Numbered from the stretch's first letter, positions 43,541-58,265 are shown. The stretch is DNA of 64,000 nucleotides from Convolutriloba macropyga (GCF_964194025.1 NC_134478.1:12710001-12774000); one strand, 5' to 3'. Numbers and translations: made by a program. Notes: generated by a model from the letters alone, not told the origin.

Positions 43541-46500
43541 AGCCCTACTCTTGTATATCTTATAATTATGACTATGCGTGTGTAAAGGGAGTAAATAAGG
43601 TCAATTGTATGTGAAACAGTAGAATACAAGCGTTAATGTGTACTGGAGAACTTTTTTCGAACCACTTTTAAGTAGATTATAGTTAGAAGGGCTGGGAGGT
43701 TAAAAGCATGTTTCACGATATATGAATCATCCACTTTCACTCAACCTTAAAGTGTGTACCCAAAAAAGAAAGGTGCACTAACAGACTTGTGACATTGTCT
43801 TACAGTGAATTGCATGCGTTATACAGAAAAGAAATTAGCATTACTTATAACTTTTTTTCACGGAGTGCTTTTTCAATAAAATAAGAGATAACGTATTGAG
43901 ACTCTCTTTATTAAATATCCCATATGTGCAATTTATTCTATGTGCAATCAAAGATAGATAAAAACAAAATTTGTTAAAAAATGAATTAAAACAGTACAAC
44001 ATTACAGACTAATAAAATTACAGACAGTATAAATTATGCACACTGAACGCTGGAATCCACTATATTAAAATATGATCAAGTTATAAGTATAAAAGTGCTG
44101 TATCAACACCGCCAGATTTGACAAATCGTTTCGGACGGATATATGACAGTAACTTCTTAGTCTATTCATATGTAGCAACAGAATGATATGTTGTTCAATA
44201 ACCCCTGTTTGTCGAAGTAAGGTTGATATTTTCAACCATTCCACGTCAGTTGTTGTCCACTGGCCCATCTGCATTTTCCTCCAAAAATCTTTTGTTCAGA
44301 TCTTTACCACTTAAATTGTAACTGTCAGACTTGGTATCGTAGCAAAGAAAGATTTTTTGCAGAGGCAAACGATTTCGGTACATCTGAATACTCCTTTACA
44401 GAGTCTTGCCTCTAGTTTATCGCACTTCTTATGCTTTCAATTGCTTGTTCTAGGGAACAATCTTTGTGAGGCATCTGCATGTGCACAGTCCTTCACTCAC
44501 AAAGCTTTCCTCGATTCTCTTTTAGCAGGTCGAATGCAGTCGTATCAGTTTCTGTACGCTAGTGCTAAATACGGAAATCATTTTTGTTTTCCAAATTCTC
44601 AAACTTATCAACTTCTAAAAAACTTCCGAAAAAGGTAATAGAAATCCAACATACGTAGTTCAGCGTTTTCGAGTATAAAAACTCAACTATTATAGTTTCT
44701 CGATGCCCAAATCTTACAAGCTAAACTTCGCAAATTTGTGTCAACACTTTGTTCACATGCTTGAATTTTTTCCCACACAATGATATGTGAGATTTTTCAT
44801 CGTTGAACTACATGGCCGTGTTGTGTTTTTTTCTGTCAATAAGTTGATAACCACAAGAAATTTGACACACAAATTCATTTTCACAACGCTCGATTCCGGC
44901 TTCTAGCGACTACCACTGACTGAAAAAAAATTGTTGAAGCAATTTTTGGGCTTGCAATGTAAAAAGCACAAAGTACTTGTATATTTCAGATCTATTGTAA
45001 GATATTAATTGAGTAATGGAGTAATAATTCTGCCATTTCTAACATGAAACTCGAAATAAACTTTTTTAAAGTTTTAGATTAAATTGTTTTTAATCGCATA
45101 CTGTGTCATATAATACCCAATAATGACTCCGCTGAAATTGATTTATTTGTAAAAAATGAGGGAAATTTTACTTTTATTCATCTCTAATTTCAAGATCGCG
45201 CTGTTTGTATTCAAACACTTTGCTATCTTTTATTTTGCCAAAAACAAGACTCTTGCTTCTTAGGTAGCTTAAAGGGAAAATTTATAGGGAAGGCTACGAA
45301 TTACCTGACGTTTTCTATCTCTTTAAAAGTTCCCCAGTAGTCACACTCCCACACGTTCACGATATTGTATCCTTTGTTTCGCGAGTAATATCTTCCGAAT
45401 GGATCATGCTCTTTTCACTGGTTCTTGACCGCATTTCGTTTCAACAGAGACCCGCTCAAGCTTCCTGACATGATCAAAAATGAAATTAATATCCTATGGC
45501 TTCAAACACTGTTCTTCAATGAGCATAAAGTGTATCCAGTCTAAAAAGTCAATCTTTTTCTGTTTCCCGGTTGGCAAAAAGTTTTCCTTGACTTATTGCC
45601 GTCGTTGTCATTGGAGTTAAAGCATGGCTACATGGCCGAATGTTTGCTATCTGTTAGATCGGGCTCTGATTTTCGTTATACTCTATGGCGAACTCCAAGA
45701 CTGACCCAAGCTAATTAGTCACTGCTTGACACCTTGAAAAAAGATAAAAGTGACTCGCGTAAATACCCAAGATAGATTTCCAAATCTTTTCTGAATATCT
45801 GACATGAGTTATATCAGTTACAGTCTCTCTTTTGGACACAAGCAAATGTTCACCAATCGTCTCCTCTCGTTTTTTGTCAAATGTGTCCTTTGAGTTTCAA
45901 CAATTAGATAGTAAATTCGAGAATGGATGACGTGTATGTGTGGCAAAAAATGAAATGTAAATATGTCAACTGCTTTGTTCAGGTAAAATTCCCCGATTTT
46001 TTGAATTGCTTCTATTGTTTGAATAACATTCTTGTTGTTGTAGCACTAAACAAACTATCACAATTTCTCTTCCTCCCAAACCACCTTTAGGGGTATTTGT
46101 TTTCAAGAACTCTAGAAGACAGAACTTCTTCCTGAATTGAGGATCATTTTCACCACTAGAGACAAATAAAGCGCAAAATTCAGCAGAAGGACTTGCTCTT
46201 CAGTACGTGTTTAAGCACGCAAAAAGCAATGTTACTGTGGTGGTCCCAGAGAGGCTACTGAGAGGAGAAGAGACGATTTCCAGCTTCAGAAGACACAAAC
46301 AGGAGTTGGAGCGAGAGGAGTTGGTGGCGTTGCAGTACCTCCAACGCAGGAGGCCCCCATGCCCAAACAACCAGTAACTTCCTGTCAAAAATCTTCAACT
46401 CTTTCGACCATTGCGCGCCGCACTACCAGAATGTCTGTCAAGCGAATGGGTGGAGCGACACTCAGTCATGAGGAGTTCTGCCAGCTTGCTTGACTGGTCA

Positions 46501-49500
46501 TGCAATTGACAGGTAATATATACTGCAGGCACGATTCCTGCGACAGGAAGCTGTACACTCAGCTCCAACACTCCAGATTTAACTCAATGAGTTGAGAAAC
46601 AAGACTGGAGACTACCCAAACAGTAGGACGGCCAGGGCAGAATTCGAGAGTCTAAAACGAAACAAGGGGAGTCTTAGAAGATTGTGGACTTCTACCGACG
46701 AGTGCGGAAAGTTAGTTATTTGGTTACTGCAGCTCTCGCAACAGATGCAAGAGACTTAAATAGGCTACAAAATAGACCTTCATAGAAGGATTGGTGGACC
46801 CAATCGTGAAGGGACCTAGTGCGGGAGGAACCGTAACGCTGAATTCCGCATAACAGAGAACACTAAATCTGGAAGCAGTGACCATTTTGCGGATAGTAGC
46901 ATTTCACTAATACCGTAGCCGTGTTGTTCGTGTACGACATATGAAATTGAGGGCACAAACTTGCCAAAGACTAGTGCTCTCAACTCAATTCAATCATGGG
47001 CTGCGCAGTCCTTTAAGATGCAGGAGAAAAAGAAGCAGTTCATGAAGAATGGTTTCCAGGCAAACCTCAGCGACCAAAAAGGAGCAAGAGGGCGAATCTA
47101 GACATTGAGTGCTCTCCGTGACAAGAGAAAAGGCATTGTTCTCGAAACTGTCCAAATAGGAAGGCGCATTTAAACAAGGATTAGACGCGACGAGAACATA
47201 ATCCACAAAGGACTGCTCCAACAAGAAAAGCAATGTATTACCCGGTTTCGTCCTAAATTGACCCTGGGTACTCAAAAGACTCTATGGGAGAAAATAGGGG
47301 CTCATCAATACCATTGAAAAACGATATTTGTGGAGCTAACCGGATAACTGTAGAGGACACCGGTAGTGGGGTAAATTTCATGTCCAAGGAGATAGCAGAA
47401 AAGTACCCCGTGCCACAAAAGGAGTATGACTGAACAGTGTACCTTGCGGAGGGCGAACAGATCCGCCTCCTGGTTGAAAAAAACCTTGCTAATTTGCATG
47501 GAAAGCAAGTTTGTGTGCGATGCAGACTTTCTGTTAGCCTCTATACTACCAGTGGACATCATCTTTGGCATAGTTTTCCTTGGCAAAGCCCAATCAATGC
47601 TCGATTGACTTCCACATGGTTGCATTATTCACCGGTAAAAAAACTAAACCGAGTGCTGTAGCATTTGATTGTGTATTCAATATCGAACTTCTTTCCGAAC
47701 ACTACCAACCACGAGCCAGATGAAAAGACCAGTTTTGAAGGATGATTTTTGACAGCCAGATGCCTAAACCCAATGGAAATAGCGCGGGCTACTGGCAAGT
47801 AGCGCTCACTGAGAAAAAAGACTGAAAACAGCCCTCTGATTGCCAGAAGAGGGCCTCTATGAGCACAAGCGGCTACCATTCCGACTGTAAAATGCGCCTG
47901 CAATTTTTCAGCGCCTCATGAATCAATATTTCAGAATAGAGCTGTATGAGTTCGTGACCATTTTTTTTTGAATATGTCCATGTTCACAGTCAGAATATTA
48001 AAGAACACCTCCAAAACCTCAAAGTTGTCATGAAAAGACTAGAATTAGCGGGATTGCATCTAAAGCCCTCGAAATGCAAGCTGATTCAAAGAGCAGTGTC
48101 CTACCTCGCGCACCACATTGGAGCAAATGGATTAAGGCCAGACCAGGGAAGACTGCACGCCCTATCGAATCGACCAGGGAAGACTACACGCCCTATGGAA
48201 ATAGCATCTTTCGTTGGCTTCTGTAGCTACTACAGACGATTTGTTAAAAACTTTGCGGGATTATCGAAGCCTCTGCATAAGCTCACTCAGAACTACCAGC
48301 GATTTTATTGGAATGAGAATTGTCAGCGCCCCCCTAAAAACCTCGAGGACGAATTCCTCGGATCACCAATTTTGAGCCTTCAATATTACGAAAAACTTTT
48401 TTTTGGACACTGGCGCTAGTAACAACAGCATTGGACACTGGCGGCTGTTCTGTCTAGTCTGGATAACAATATGGTGAATGCGCCAGCTTTTGCTATTCGT
48501 TTGCTTACGCGAACAGAAGTAGACAAAAGTACAACGAAGAAGGAGGCGTTGGCCCTGGTTCAAGCAGTAAAGTGGTTACGCTTCCATTTGCAGGGTATCC
48601 TCTTCATACATCGGACAGACCACGCAAGTTTAAAATAGCGCTTTCGTCAGAAAAATGGCGGAATGACATACAGAATGATCCAGATCTTGCAAACTGAGTT
48701 TGACTTAGGCAAGCAGTTCACCGGTGAGAAACATGACAAGGCGCCCTTTCTTGGAAAACAACAAGCGACCCTGAGTGGAAGGAAAACGAGGAATTGGCAG
48801 CAACTGGATCTCGAACAGAGCCCATGAACTTGGAGACGGTAACAGCTAATTTGCAAAATCCAGAAATTTTTCCTCAATATTAGAGCTATCAGACAAAAAA
48901 GTGGCCTCAGTGGACATCAAAGCTAGCATTGATGAAATCAGCGCTAAAACGAGAGAAGCGTCAGCTATTGCCGCGATTCTGGAAAAGACTACGGTAAAAC
49001 TGAATGACAGACAGTACAACTGCAGTACTTTTGGTGTAAACTCAATGGACAGGGAACAGGCTCAGAAACTGGGACCCGAAAACCTCGGGTTATGGAATAA
49101 TTGAGAGAAATTTGTGATGCAAGATGGTATGCTCATACAAAACTGATATACCCCTGGCAAAGACAGCCATCAATAACTTATCGTTGGGCCGCAGGTTGCA
49201 AATCGCAGCGTATTAGATCAACTGCACAAATCTAAAGAGGCAGGAAGACACTTTGCATTACATAAGACACTCGAATGTACTCGATAACGGTTCTGGTCGC
49301 CCATGTTGTGAAAAGACTTTGATCATTGGACCAAAACTTGCTAACAATGTGCAGTGGGATTGACAGCGTGAAGAAAATTGATAGCCCAGTTGCAACCAGT
49401 CACAGTGGGAGTACGATTCGCGACAGTGCCTGCCGATATCTTGGAGCCTTATCGGGCAACCGATATACGGGAAACAAAAACATCATGGTCATAACTGATT

Positions 49501-50849
49501 ATTTTACTAAACATGTAATCACTGTCCCTCTCTCCAAATTAAAAGTGGCGGAAGTGGCAAAGGCATTCGTTGAGAAACAAGTTTTGCGCATTGGAGCGCC
49601 CGCTACGTTGCATACAGAAAACGGAACCTAATTCTGCAGCAATTTCATGACTGAAGTGTGCATACTCCTGAACATAGAAAGAATCTCCTAAACTCCCACA
49701 AGGAAACGGACGAGTGAAGGTGGAGCGCCACAATAGAAGTCTTGCAAAAATAATCAGCAAATACTGCTCAGAAAAACCAAGAGAATGGGAGGTAATCCGT
49801 CCATACGTAGAGTTCGTATACAAAAAAAACTGCCGGCAAGTCAAGCAGGAGAAACCTATTTCTTGCTAGTGTTTGGAGACGAAACCGTCTACGTGATTGA
49901 CATACTGTTCTCTAATCCCCCCGACACAGAGCTTGCAGTACACGAGTACACTCTCTTTCGGATGAGAAGTTTCAGCAAGCCCACATGTGTGCTGGGTAGA
50001 CCCTAGGTGCAGAACAAGAAAGACAGAAAGACCAGTTTTCAAGAAAACGTACGAAAAATTATCATAAAGACGATTAGTTGTGACCTTTTCGATTCAATTA
50101 GCCAAGTCAACGAAGTTCTATCTCCCATAAACTGGCCCACATACAGTTGTATGAAACAAGATGAATTTAATTGCAATATTCGTTCCGAAAGGACAAAAAA
50201 ATCATATTGTGCACTATAACAGACTCAAATTCTTCAAAGCACAATAAAAAAGACGATCAACTCCTGTGTCGATGAACTTGAACTGCAGAAAGACTACCAA
50301 TTCAACGTTACGATGCGGACATTTTGCCCAGTATCAATGATGAGGATGATGCATCGCTGCAGCGTAAACGGAGGATCCACAGTCGAGTTAGAGAGTCTGT
50401 ATACAACATGTGGGACAAAGGTCGCATTGGTGGGGAAATGCAAAATGTTTTAGTTGAACTACCTCTAATTATCACATCGATGACAAAAATCAATGGCGAT
50501 GAAGAACAAGAAGCTAAAGAATCGAGTGAGAGTAGGGAGCAACAATAGATGCAATTGAACCTCAACCAGTGATCGTTGCAGACGAAAAAAGCAACATTGA
50601 CGACGCTAAACAGCATTGACATCAGACAAAAACGCGGAAACCAGTAGACAGAATGGGACTAAAAAATTTTAGAAAGCTGCATGATGAATTATTATGATTA
50701 CAGTATTAATGCAAAACTTATGAATGAAAAATTGATACTAATTTTATGTTGTGTGATCGATCTATAGAGGGAGGAAACATTTTGAAGGTATGAAGTGGTG
50801 TTTTACAATGTACAAGGTTGAAATAACCAACAATCAAAAACAATACCGA

Positions 50850-52700
50850 TCCTATTGGTTACTTTTCATCTTGAATAGTATGAAAACCGGACCCTTCTCT
50901 TTCAAAATTGTTTTACTGGGGGTTTTGTCTTGGCTTTACCTCAAATCTTGCCTGATAAAACTTTCGTTGTGCCAAAAATTTACAATACGTTTTCATATAC
51001 TGGCTGATTTTTTTCAAAACTGGGGATTTCACTAAATGGGATCGATTAGAAGCAGAAATGGTTGTCATCCCAGATATGACGGTGTTTGTGGCTTCTTTAT
51101 TCAAGATGATAAGAGTGGTTGACCCTTTCCAGAGCTCCCTCGTATCGACGTTACCAAACTACAACCCGCAAGACCTCGCGGAGAACGAGACCCAACAATA
51201 AGACGGCAACTACAACGGACGTATTTGATTTGTTTTTCCACGGTTGTCACGGAGAGCTACAGAAACTTGACTGCAAGAGCTGCAATTGAAATAGAGAACA
51301 AATATCAACAACTTCAACAAGACTATCAGCTGGACAGGATGTCATTATTTAGCAACCATTCGAATGTTTTACAAGAGGAGACAAGGCAAAAGAGACAAGT
51401 TAACGTGCTATTGGTGGCAGGAGTGGCACTCATCCTGGGTCACAAACTGGAGGCATGAATGCAGGCTGTGAATTCTTCTCCGTATTCGATTAATACAATC
51501 AGAGGAACCAAAGCACATTGAGAAAATTAGAGAAACAAGTGGAACATTGCCTGGCTAAACACTCAAACAGGATGAACAGTCAAAACTCTGAGTGCTGAGG
51601 AGCTTGCTACGTGCACTTTTGTCAAGATTACTTGGAACAATACTGACAGAAACTTAGTCTTGCTTGTCTATGAGATGGTGAAAGAATGGGAACGCATGAG
51701 CTATTGAGGATGCGAGATAATCCAGGCTTATCGAGATGGGCAAAAAGTCAACTTGTAGGTTGGACAAGTGCTGAGAATTGTTTTCAAACTACAAGGGCGA
51801 AATTTTTTTGCGCTTGCCAATGTGACCAACCTGGGATATGTCCTAAGCGATGCCCTAGCCTCTCTAACCAAATGACTATAACAAGCCAACTTGCTACCGC
51901 CACCACAAATTAGGGATATTGTGTCAAAGATTGAACAAACGAGATAGTTCCCCTCAATCAGAAAGAGCAATATGTCTGCATAGTGCCAATTCGAGCTTGT
52001 AAAAGCGCCGAAGTAACATCCGAAGAATTTAAAATTGAATTAGAAATTCCATTTTATCACACCTACGCAAAATGCCAACTTTATCAGACTGTGGCAATTC
52101 CGCAACCACTGAGTAGCGGAAAGACGGCAAACGTTTATGATTTTCAGAATACTTTGTAGTCTCCCAATGGAGAAATGTATAGATCTTAACTGTCAAGTTT
52201 CATGATACTGACCCTCTTCGGTTCTGCAAGAATCTATTTGCTCAAGTACCCCATCAGCAAAAAGCTCATGCCTTAGCAGCCTGTTTTTTGACTAAAACAC
52301 TGACGCGATGAAATTTTGCACACAGAAAAGATCCCTAATGCCGGCGAACGCGTCAGCTCAATACCTCAGGCAGTCTATGTTCCTCCTTTTGTCGGAACAC
52401 AAAATTATCATCTTCTTAGCGTAACAATGAATACACGAGCAAGCCAAATAGCTGGCTGAAGAAGTTTTTTGGTGAGATCACCCTCAAATGGTCATCTAGA
52501 ACTCCTTAGTAGTGGTCTGACACTTCAGAGTGGTCTGACACTATAGTCACTTGGGAAACCACGAGAAGCTTATGCAACACGGGATAGTCCGTTTCAACAG
52601 TTTTATATTCCTTGCTATTCTGTTGACAGTTGGTTTGGGAGTTTCTTGTGGCCACTGGAAACTTCTGAGAAACTTCTGGCGGTTTCTTGCAAATAAACTG
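50850..52700 (+). pseudogene. F-type (class I, furin-cleaved) env of element 2
   Basis: RQKR (51384-51395) followed by the hydrophobic QVNVLLVAGVALILG; IELEIPFY...CQLYQTVAIPQP (about 52035-52110); TM FIFLAILLTVGLGV (about 52600-52645). Confidence 0.7.
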
Positions 52701-53121
52701 AAACAAGATTCATCAGCAGTAGAAAGAGTTACGTTCAACAAAAAACATGAGAAGGAAAAACCTGTAGTTGAACCGCCTAGAGGGTAAGCTAGACTTCTAT
52801 CCAATTAACTAAACTTATAATTGCTTGATTACTGCTATTCAGGAGAAGAACAAAACAACATGAGTGGTATGCAGGATCAAAAAAATGACGCAAATTAAGG
52901 AGTGTAGTTAATAAGAAAAGAGAAATGGTCTCAGGTGGTTGATTACACCATAAAACAAATTATATCACGCTTTTTTAAAGTAGTACCAATTTCATACCCC
53001 TTATTTAGTAGAAACACATATATGCAACTTTTTAGAGAGTAATTTACATGAAATGAGGGTGTGTGGTTGTGATTGAACTCTTTATGAATGACATAAGAGG
53101 AAAGGATGCTGAGGAGAGGGA

Positions 53122-53508
53122 CGGTAACTCCAAGTTCATGCTCCATGTGGTACGTATTACCAAAAGAATAGAAGCAGTGTTCTAATTTCAATGCTTTTGA
53201 TTGGCTAAATTTAAGGCATACGGAAAAGAAAGATAATAGGAGGACTCCGAAAAATTATCTGTTTCGGACTTTTGGAGCTTCAGCAGCGGACTTTGCCCCC
53301 TCTCAAGCTACCCTCTCCCGAAGAAAACTCTAGCTGCAACGCTATTCTTCGTTCTTCTAGCTGCAACTCTCCTCTTCGTTCTAGTCCAGTAGTGAACAGC
53401 AGAAGTGAGGTTGTCTCGTTGAAGAGAAAAACAGGAACCCGAGAGCAAGGTTCAGCAGAAAGACTTGGTCCCGAGAACTTGTTTGAGCACGCAATAGGCA
53501 ATCTTACA
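53122..53508 (+). repeat. 3' LTR of element 2
   Basis: Starts (c)ggtaac right after the PPT and ends ...cttaca; its last 58 nt align to the 5' LTR end. Confidence 0.65.
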
Positions 53509-54023
53509 CATAGGCAATCCTCGCATTCTGGAAAACTACTTTTTTCAGGAGAAAAAACTGCCTTTAGTGCTGACGCGTCTATTTTCATATTGTTTCGGTT
53601 GAAAAAAATCTCGGTCCACGTCGCAGTCTCTGATAAAATATGCCCATGAAAGGTTTCTACATGCAGCAAAACAATCATCTGCCACTTTGCGACCTTGGTT
53701 CCGTTTTACTCTTTCAGATTTTCAAAGAGAAAAACTACAGTTGATAAAAGATTGCCACCGCCATTGTATTGGTAAATGACTGCCGGGTGTTTTGATTTTG
53801 TGGGCCCCTTGTTCTTCGTAAAATTTGCCACATGTTTGATCAAAATTGGGCGCTGTTCCAATCAATTTTTTGCCGTTTTTAACAGCAGGATGTCGACATG
53901 TCTCGTCGACTTGGGTTGAAGCGACTCCACAACATTGAACATTAAAGCACTTGGGAAATTAGACCGTTCCTCAAAAGCTGATTCTGCTGAACGTAAACAA
54001 TTTTGCTACTATTTGGTAGCTTC

Positions 54024-54223
54024 NNNNNNNNNNNNNNNNNNNNNNNNNNNNNNNNNNNNNNNNNNNNNNNNNNNNNNNNNNNNNNNNNNNNNNNNNNNNN
54101 NNNNNNNNNNNNNNNNNNNNNNNNNNNNNNNNNNNNNNNNNNNNNNNNNNNNNNNNNNNNNNNNNNNNNNNNNNNNNNNNNNNNNNNNNNNNNNNNNNNN
54201 NNNNNNNNNNNNNNNNNNNNNNN
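54024..54223. other. Assembly gap (about 200 N)
   Basis: Run of n characters. Confidence 0.99.
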
Positions 54224-55430
54224 CATAACTATATACCAGCATAAAATTCTTAACAGCATAAAATGAGCAGCCGCGATTTGCAGTTCTTGACTTAAAAACA
54301 TGATGTAAAGCGCTTAATTTGGCGGAAAACAGCTTCCATAGTTCTCTCAAATACTATAAAAACTGAATCAAAGTATCATAAACAAAAGACATCCGCGTGA
54401 TCAAATTGGACGGTATAAAATTCGATTCGAATCATATTCACTAGTTGAAATGATTTGGTAAAGCGTCATAAATACTCATAATCACGCCTAATAGCGTACG
54501 GGAAACGTAGAAAAAAAATAAAAGGATACATTTTTTGCTCGAATTAGTGCACACATTACTCAGTGAATAACATGAAGGAGAGAAAAAACTTTCAGTATTT
54601 CAATATCGAGAAAAATTTTTATCCCGGGGAACGGATCAGATTTATTTCAATTCTTTTTATATATTCAATTTTGCTTCCCTGGTTGGTTGCCGTTATTTGG
54701 GTTTAGGTTGTTGTCAAAAGAATAGGAGTCGGTCACGGTTAACCGTTACAGCCAATAAGCAATAAAAAGCAAAGAATAACAACTACGTTTGAATCAAATT
54801 GCTTTCAAGAAAAGCCCGGGCCTCAATTATACCTCAATTTAGCCTGGAGTTGGTATAATGTCAAGCAAGGGGTTAAAATGATGGTATAAGAGATTGCTAT
54901 AGACCACTTCTAAGACTAAAAATGAAAAGATGAAACCATTTTTGCGCACTTCTCATTTGACATTAAACTGAAGCTACAGAAGCGAGCGTTTCAAACTCTG
55001 AAATAGCAACACTTAGATTACGCGAAAATTGTAAAGCCAAGCGTGAAAAAGTCACTTGAAAAGTATAAAAATCACCAATTTCTTGGATAAAAGTTGCCCT
55101 GAAAGCTCAACTCGGGCACGTCATTGACAAATTTTCAGGTTCTACCCGCTCCAAAATTATGGTAATAGCTAAAGTGACCGAAGAATTGCCGCTGCAAACA
55201 CAAAAGGACATGGCTTTCGAATCTGGGCTAACGAGTTATCATTGAAAAACTGATAGTGGTAATTTTTGTGAGAAGTGTGGTGAAACATCACCGCTAAAAA
55301 TAGCAAAAGTGCATCAAAATGCATACAAAAAAACACTAGAAGTCATACATTCGACGCTAAAAATGGAACACAATTTCTTGCGCCCACAATGTTATAGGGT
55401 CTAATAAGGAGGCGCAATACTCTAAAAATG

Positions 55431-55500
55431 AACCTGTACTGGATTCGAACCAGCATTATTACTTGCAAGTCTAGCGTTCCGTTCACTCCACAAACTGGTC
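55431..55500 (-). pseudogene. tRNA-like element, second copy of repeat family 2
   Basis: GACCAGT...CTAGACTTGCAAG...CTGGTTCGAATCCAGTAC, colinear with 21208-21279. Confidence 0.5.
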
Positions 55501-56344
55501 TTTAAATCTCCCGCAACAACAACCTACTCAAAATATTTAATTATAATAAACTTTTCCATGATTTTCGAAACTTATAATTCAATCTTTATCTGCTAGCTCG
55601 GATTGTTCGCCATTTCTCTCTGTATTTCTGAGTAATCGAAAAACAATTTATTATCAGAGGTTTTCTTTAACACCGAAAACCGGAAACAACTCGAATTTTA
55701 GCCAATCAGAATCGAGATACGGATTTAATGCTCTGTGACACATTTAGCTGCAGCACAACTTCGTTTTTACTTTGTGTTTACTCAACGCAACAAAGGTAAT
55801 CCGTTAAAATTATTGTGTGATTTGAGTCCACATTAAAAATTCGACATTTGTTTTTGCCATTCCAGGTTCCAGACGTTCTGAAGAAAAGTCAACAATGTTT
55901 TTATCCCAATCACCATCTTTCCCCAACATCATTCCAAAGAGTAACTAACTGTAATTAATTTAATGACAAACAAAATAAAATTAACAAAACACTCCCTTTT
56001 GCTTTAGAACCTCCGATTTCTCTCAAAAACAACAGCAACCGGATTACAGAAAACTATGGTTATCAAAATAAAAATAGAGCTGTATAACTGTTTTAAATCC
56101 AAATTGTTAAACCAAATAAAATTTGAAAACGAGAGCCATCAAAGCTTGTTTAGTATTTTTGAGCACACCCCCCCTCGATGTTTTCTATGCCCCAATTACA
56201 AATCATGTGTTGCTAAATTGCAACTTACTCATGAAAAAATTAGCACGTCCGCTTGGGGAACGTAGTCGATATGTTTTCCACATATTTGGGAGGTGGAAAC
56301 AAATAAGGTCCTATTTTCTCAAAGTTTTTATGTTAATCATTTGA

Positions 56345-57050
56345 AGTGAGAGTTGAGCAGTGAGTTGTGAGTTGAGTTGAGAGTGAGTTGAGTTAGGTAT
56401 TGAGGTGAATGGTGAGTTGTGTGTTGAGTTCAGTGGTGCGTTGAGTGTTGAGTTGAGCAATGATTTGAGTGTTGAGTTGAGTGTTGAGTCAAGAATTGAG
56501 TTGTGTGATGAGTTGAGAGTTGAGATGTGTGTTGAGTTGAGCACTGAGTTGAGTGTCGAGCTGAGAGTTGAGGTGAGTTTCGAGTTGAGTGTTGAGTTGT
56601 GTGTTACGTTGAGTATTGAGTTGAGTGTTGAGTTGAGCATTTAGTTGTGTGATGAGTTGAGAGTTGAGTTGTGTGTTGGGTTGAGAGTTGAGTTGTGTGT
56701 TGAATTGAGATTTGATTTGAGAGTCGAGTTGAGTGTTGAGTTAAGTGTTGAGTTGGGAATTGAGTTGAGTGGGGAGTTGGGTGGTGTTTTGAGTGGTGAA
56801 TTGAGTTTTGAGTTCGCAGTTGAAAAGAGAATTGAGTTGAGCGATGAGTTATCTGTTGAGGTGAGTGGTAAATTCTGTGTTGAGTTCAATAGTGAGTTGA
56901 GTGTTGAGTTGAGCACTGAGTTGAGTGTTGAGTTGAGAGTTGAGTTGTGTGTTAAGTTGAGAGTTGAGTTGTGTATTGAGTTGAGAGTTGAGTTCTCTTT
57001 GAGTTGAAATTCGAGTTGAGTGTTGAGTTGCGTGTTGAGTTGAGCATTAG
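56345..57050. repeat. Minisatellite, 12-bp unit GAGTTGAGTGTT
   Basis: About 700 bp of degenerate tandem copies; it produces the spurious NSTL/VELS ORFs. Confidence 0.95.
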
Positions 57051-57154
57051 AATGTGTGTTGATTTGATAGTTGATAAGATAGCACAAAATAAGAAAAGAT
57101 TAATTCCGTCTTAGCATAACGATACTTAATCTCTCGTGTGTGTTTAATTATAGT

Positions 57155-57380
57155 CTCTGATCAGAAGTCAGTTCGGTCTGGAAAGTCTGATCAGAGGTCA
57201 GTTCGCTCTGAAAGGTCTGATCAAAGTCTGTATATAGTCTGGACAATGGTCTGAATCTGAGTCTTCTCATAAGCGCACTTTAGTTTGGACCAGAGTCTTG
57301 GTACCGTCTGATCACAAGTTATCTTGGTCTGGAAACTCTGATCAGAGGTCATTCCTTTCTCAATAGTCTGATCATAGCTC
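57155..57380. repeat. About 30-bp tandem repeat (TCTGATCAGAGGTCAGTTCGGTCTGGAAAG)
   Basis: tctgatca recurs at about 30-bp periodicity. Confidence 0.75.
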
Positions 57381-58265
57381 AATTTGGGTTCGGACCTCAA
57401 CCTGGGAACCTGGGAAATCATCGACACGAAATCATGAAGGAAGGAGTTGCAATATTGGTGAACAACTAGTATTTCCAGGTAAAGTTTTTTATTTTATAAA
57501 ATTTATTCGAAAAAAAGATGCTATTCAATGGAATTGAGTGCTATTTCTCTTTGTCGGCATTTATTAAAATTTTTAACTTTTTGGAAAAATTGCAAGGAAA
57601 AGTGGTTAAGGGAAAAATGATCCGGGACTTTTTTTTTCAGCTTGGACTTTAGAATGGTGATCACGAATTTTCCAAATAGAGATGCGGAAAAAGATAAAAA
57701 AAAGAAGCGGAAACAAAACGTTGGAGTAGAGAGAGGTTGCTATTTTTGAAGAAGCAATAACACTTTAAGCTCTTAAAATTTCTTTTAATTATTTTTGCTG
57801 ATTTATAATTGATTGAGGATACTAAATTTCATATAATTATTTTCAATTATAATCGATTTTATGTTCCAAATTGGCAAATATAATCTGTTATAATCACAAA
57901 TTTTTTTGGTCATTTTAATTAATTATAATGATGTAAAAAAGAAGTTTTTGGCTGCGGGCTCGAACTTGGGCATCTCTTATAACCCCTTCTCATGTTCTTT
58001 CTTGCTCCTCAAGGCTACATTTCTCTACCCAAGTATACGTTGAACAAGTAGAGCTTTTGGTCAAGCTATCTCAAGCTTATCTTATGCACAATCTACATTA
58101 AGTTTTCCTCTCCCAATTTTCTAACATACACGTTGAATAAGTAGAACTAGTGTCGAATTTATATTTTAAACAAATTACAATTTACATTAGTTTTACATTT
58201 ATCTTGACAATTTTCCCCGGGAAAAATTTGATCCGCGTATCCTGTAAAAGAATTAAGTTATCTTG

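Larger units (their letters stand above)
46100..53508 (+). mobile_element. Decayed Ty3/gypsy element 2 with F-type env, PBS, PPT and both LTR ends
   Basis: RT LKPSKC...SYLAH and SFVGFCSYYRRFVKNFA; RH TDHASL; IN ITDYFTK...LHTENG. The 5'LTR end (46179-46236) and 3'LTR end (53451-53508) match at 46 of 58 positions. PBS-like TGGTGGTCCCAGAGAGG at 46238; PPT gaggagaggga at 53111-53121. Confidence 0.85.

Noticed and set aside
44000-44900. Possible DNA-transposase remnant (hAT-like C-terminus)
   Set aside because: Only vague similarity; no diagnostic motif or TIR could be read.
53272-53678. Overlapping 125- and 132-aa ORFs
   Set aside because: They lie across the 3' LTR of element 2, start at non-ATG codons and show no protein motif.
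53935-54350. ORFs containing X runs
   Set aside because: Artefacts of the N gap.
56311-57087. NSTL- and VELS-repeat ORFs
   Set aside because: They are translations of a 12-bp minisatellite, open on both strands.
57155-57380. CRISPR-like periodic repeat
   Set aside because: Tandem units without unique spacers, eukaryotic context, and no cas genes.
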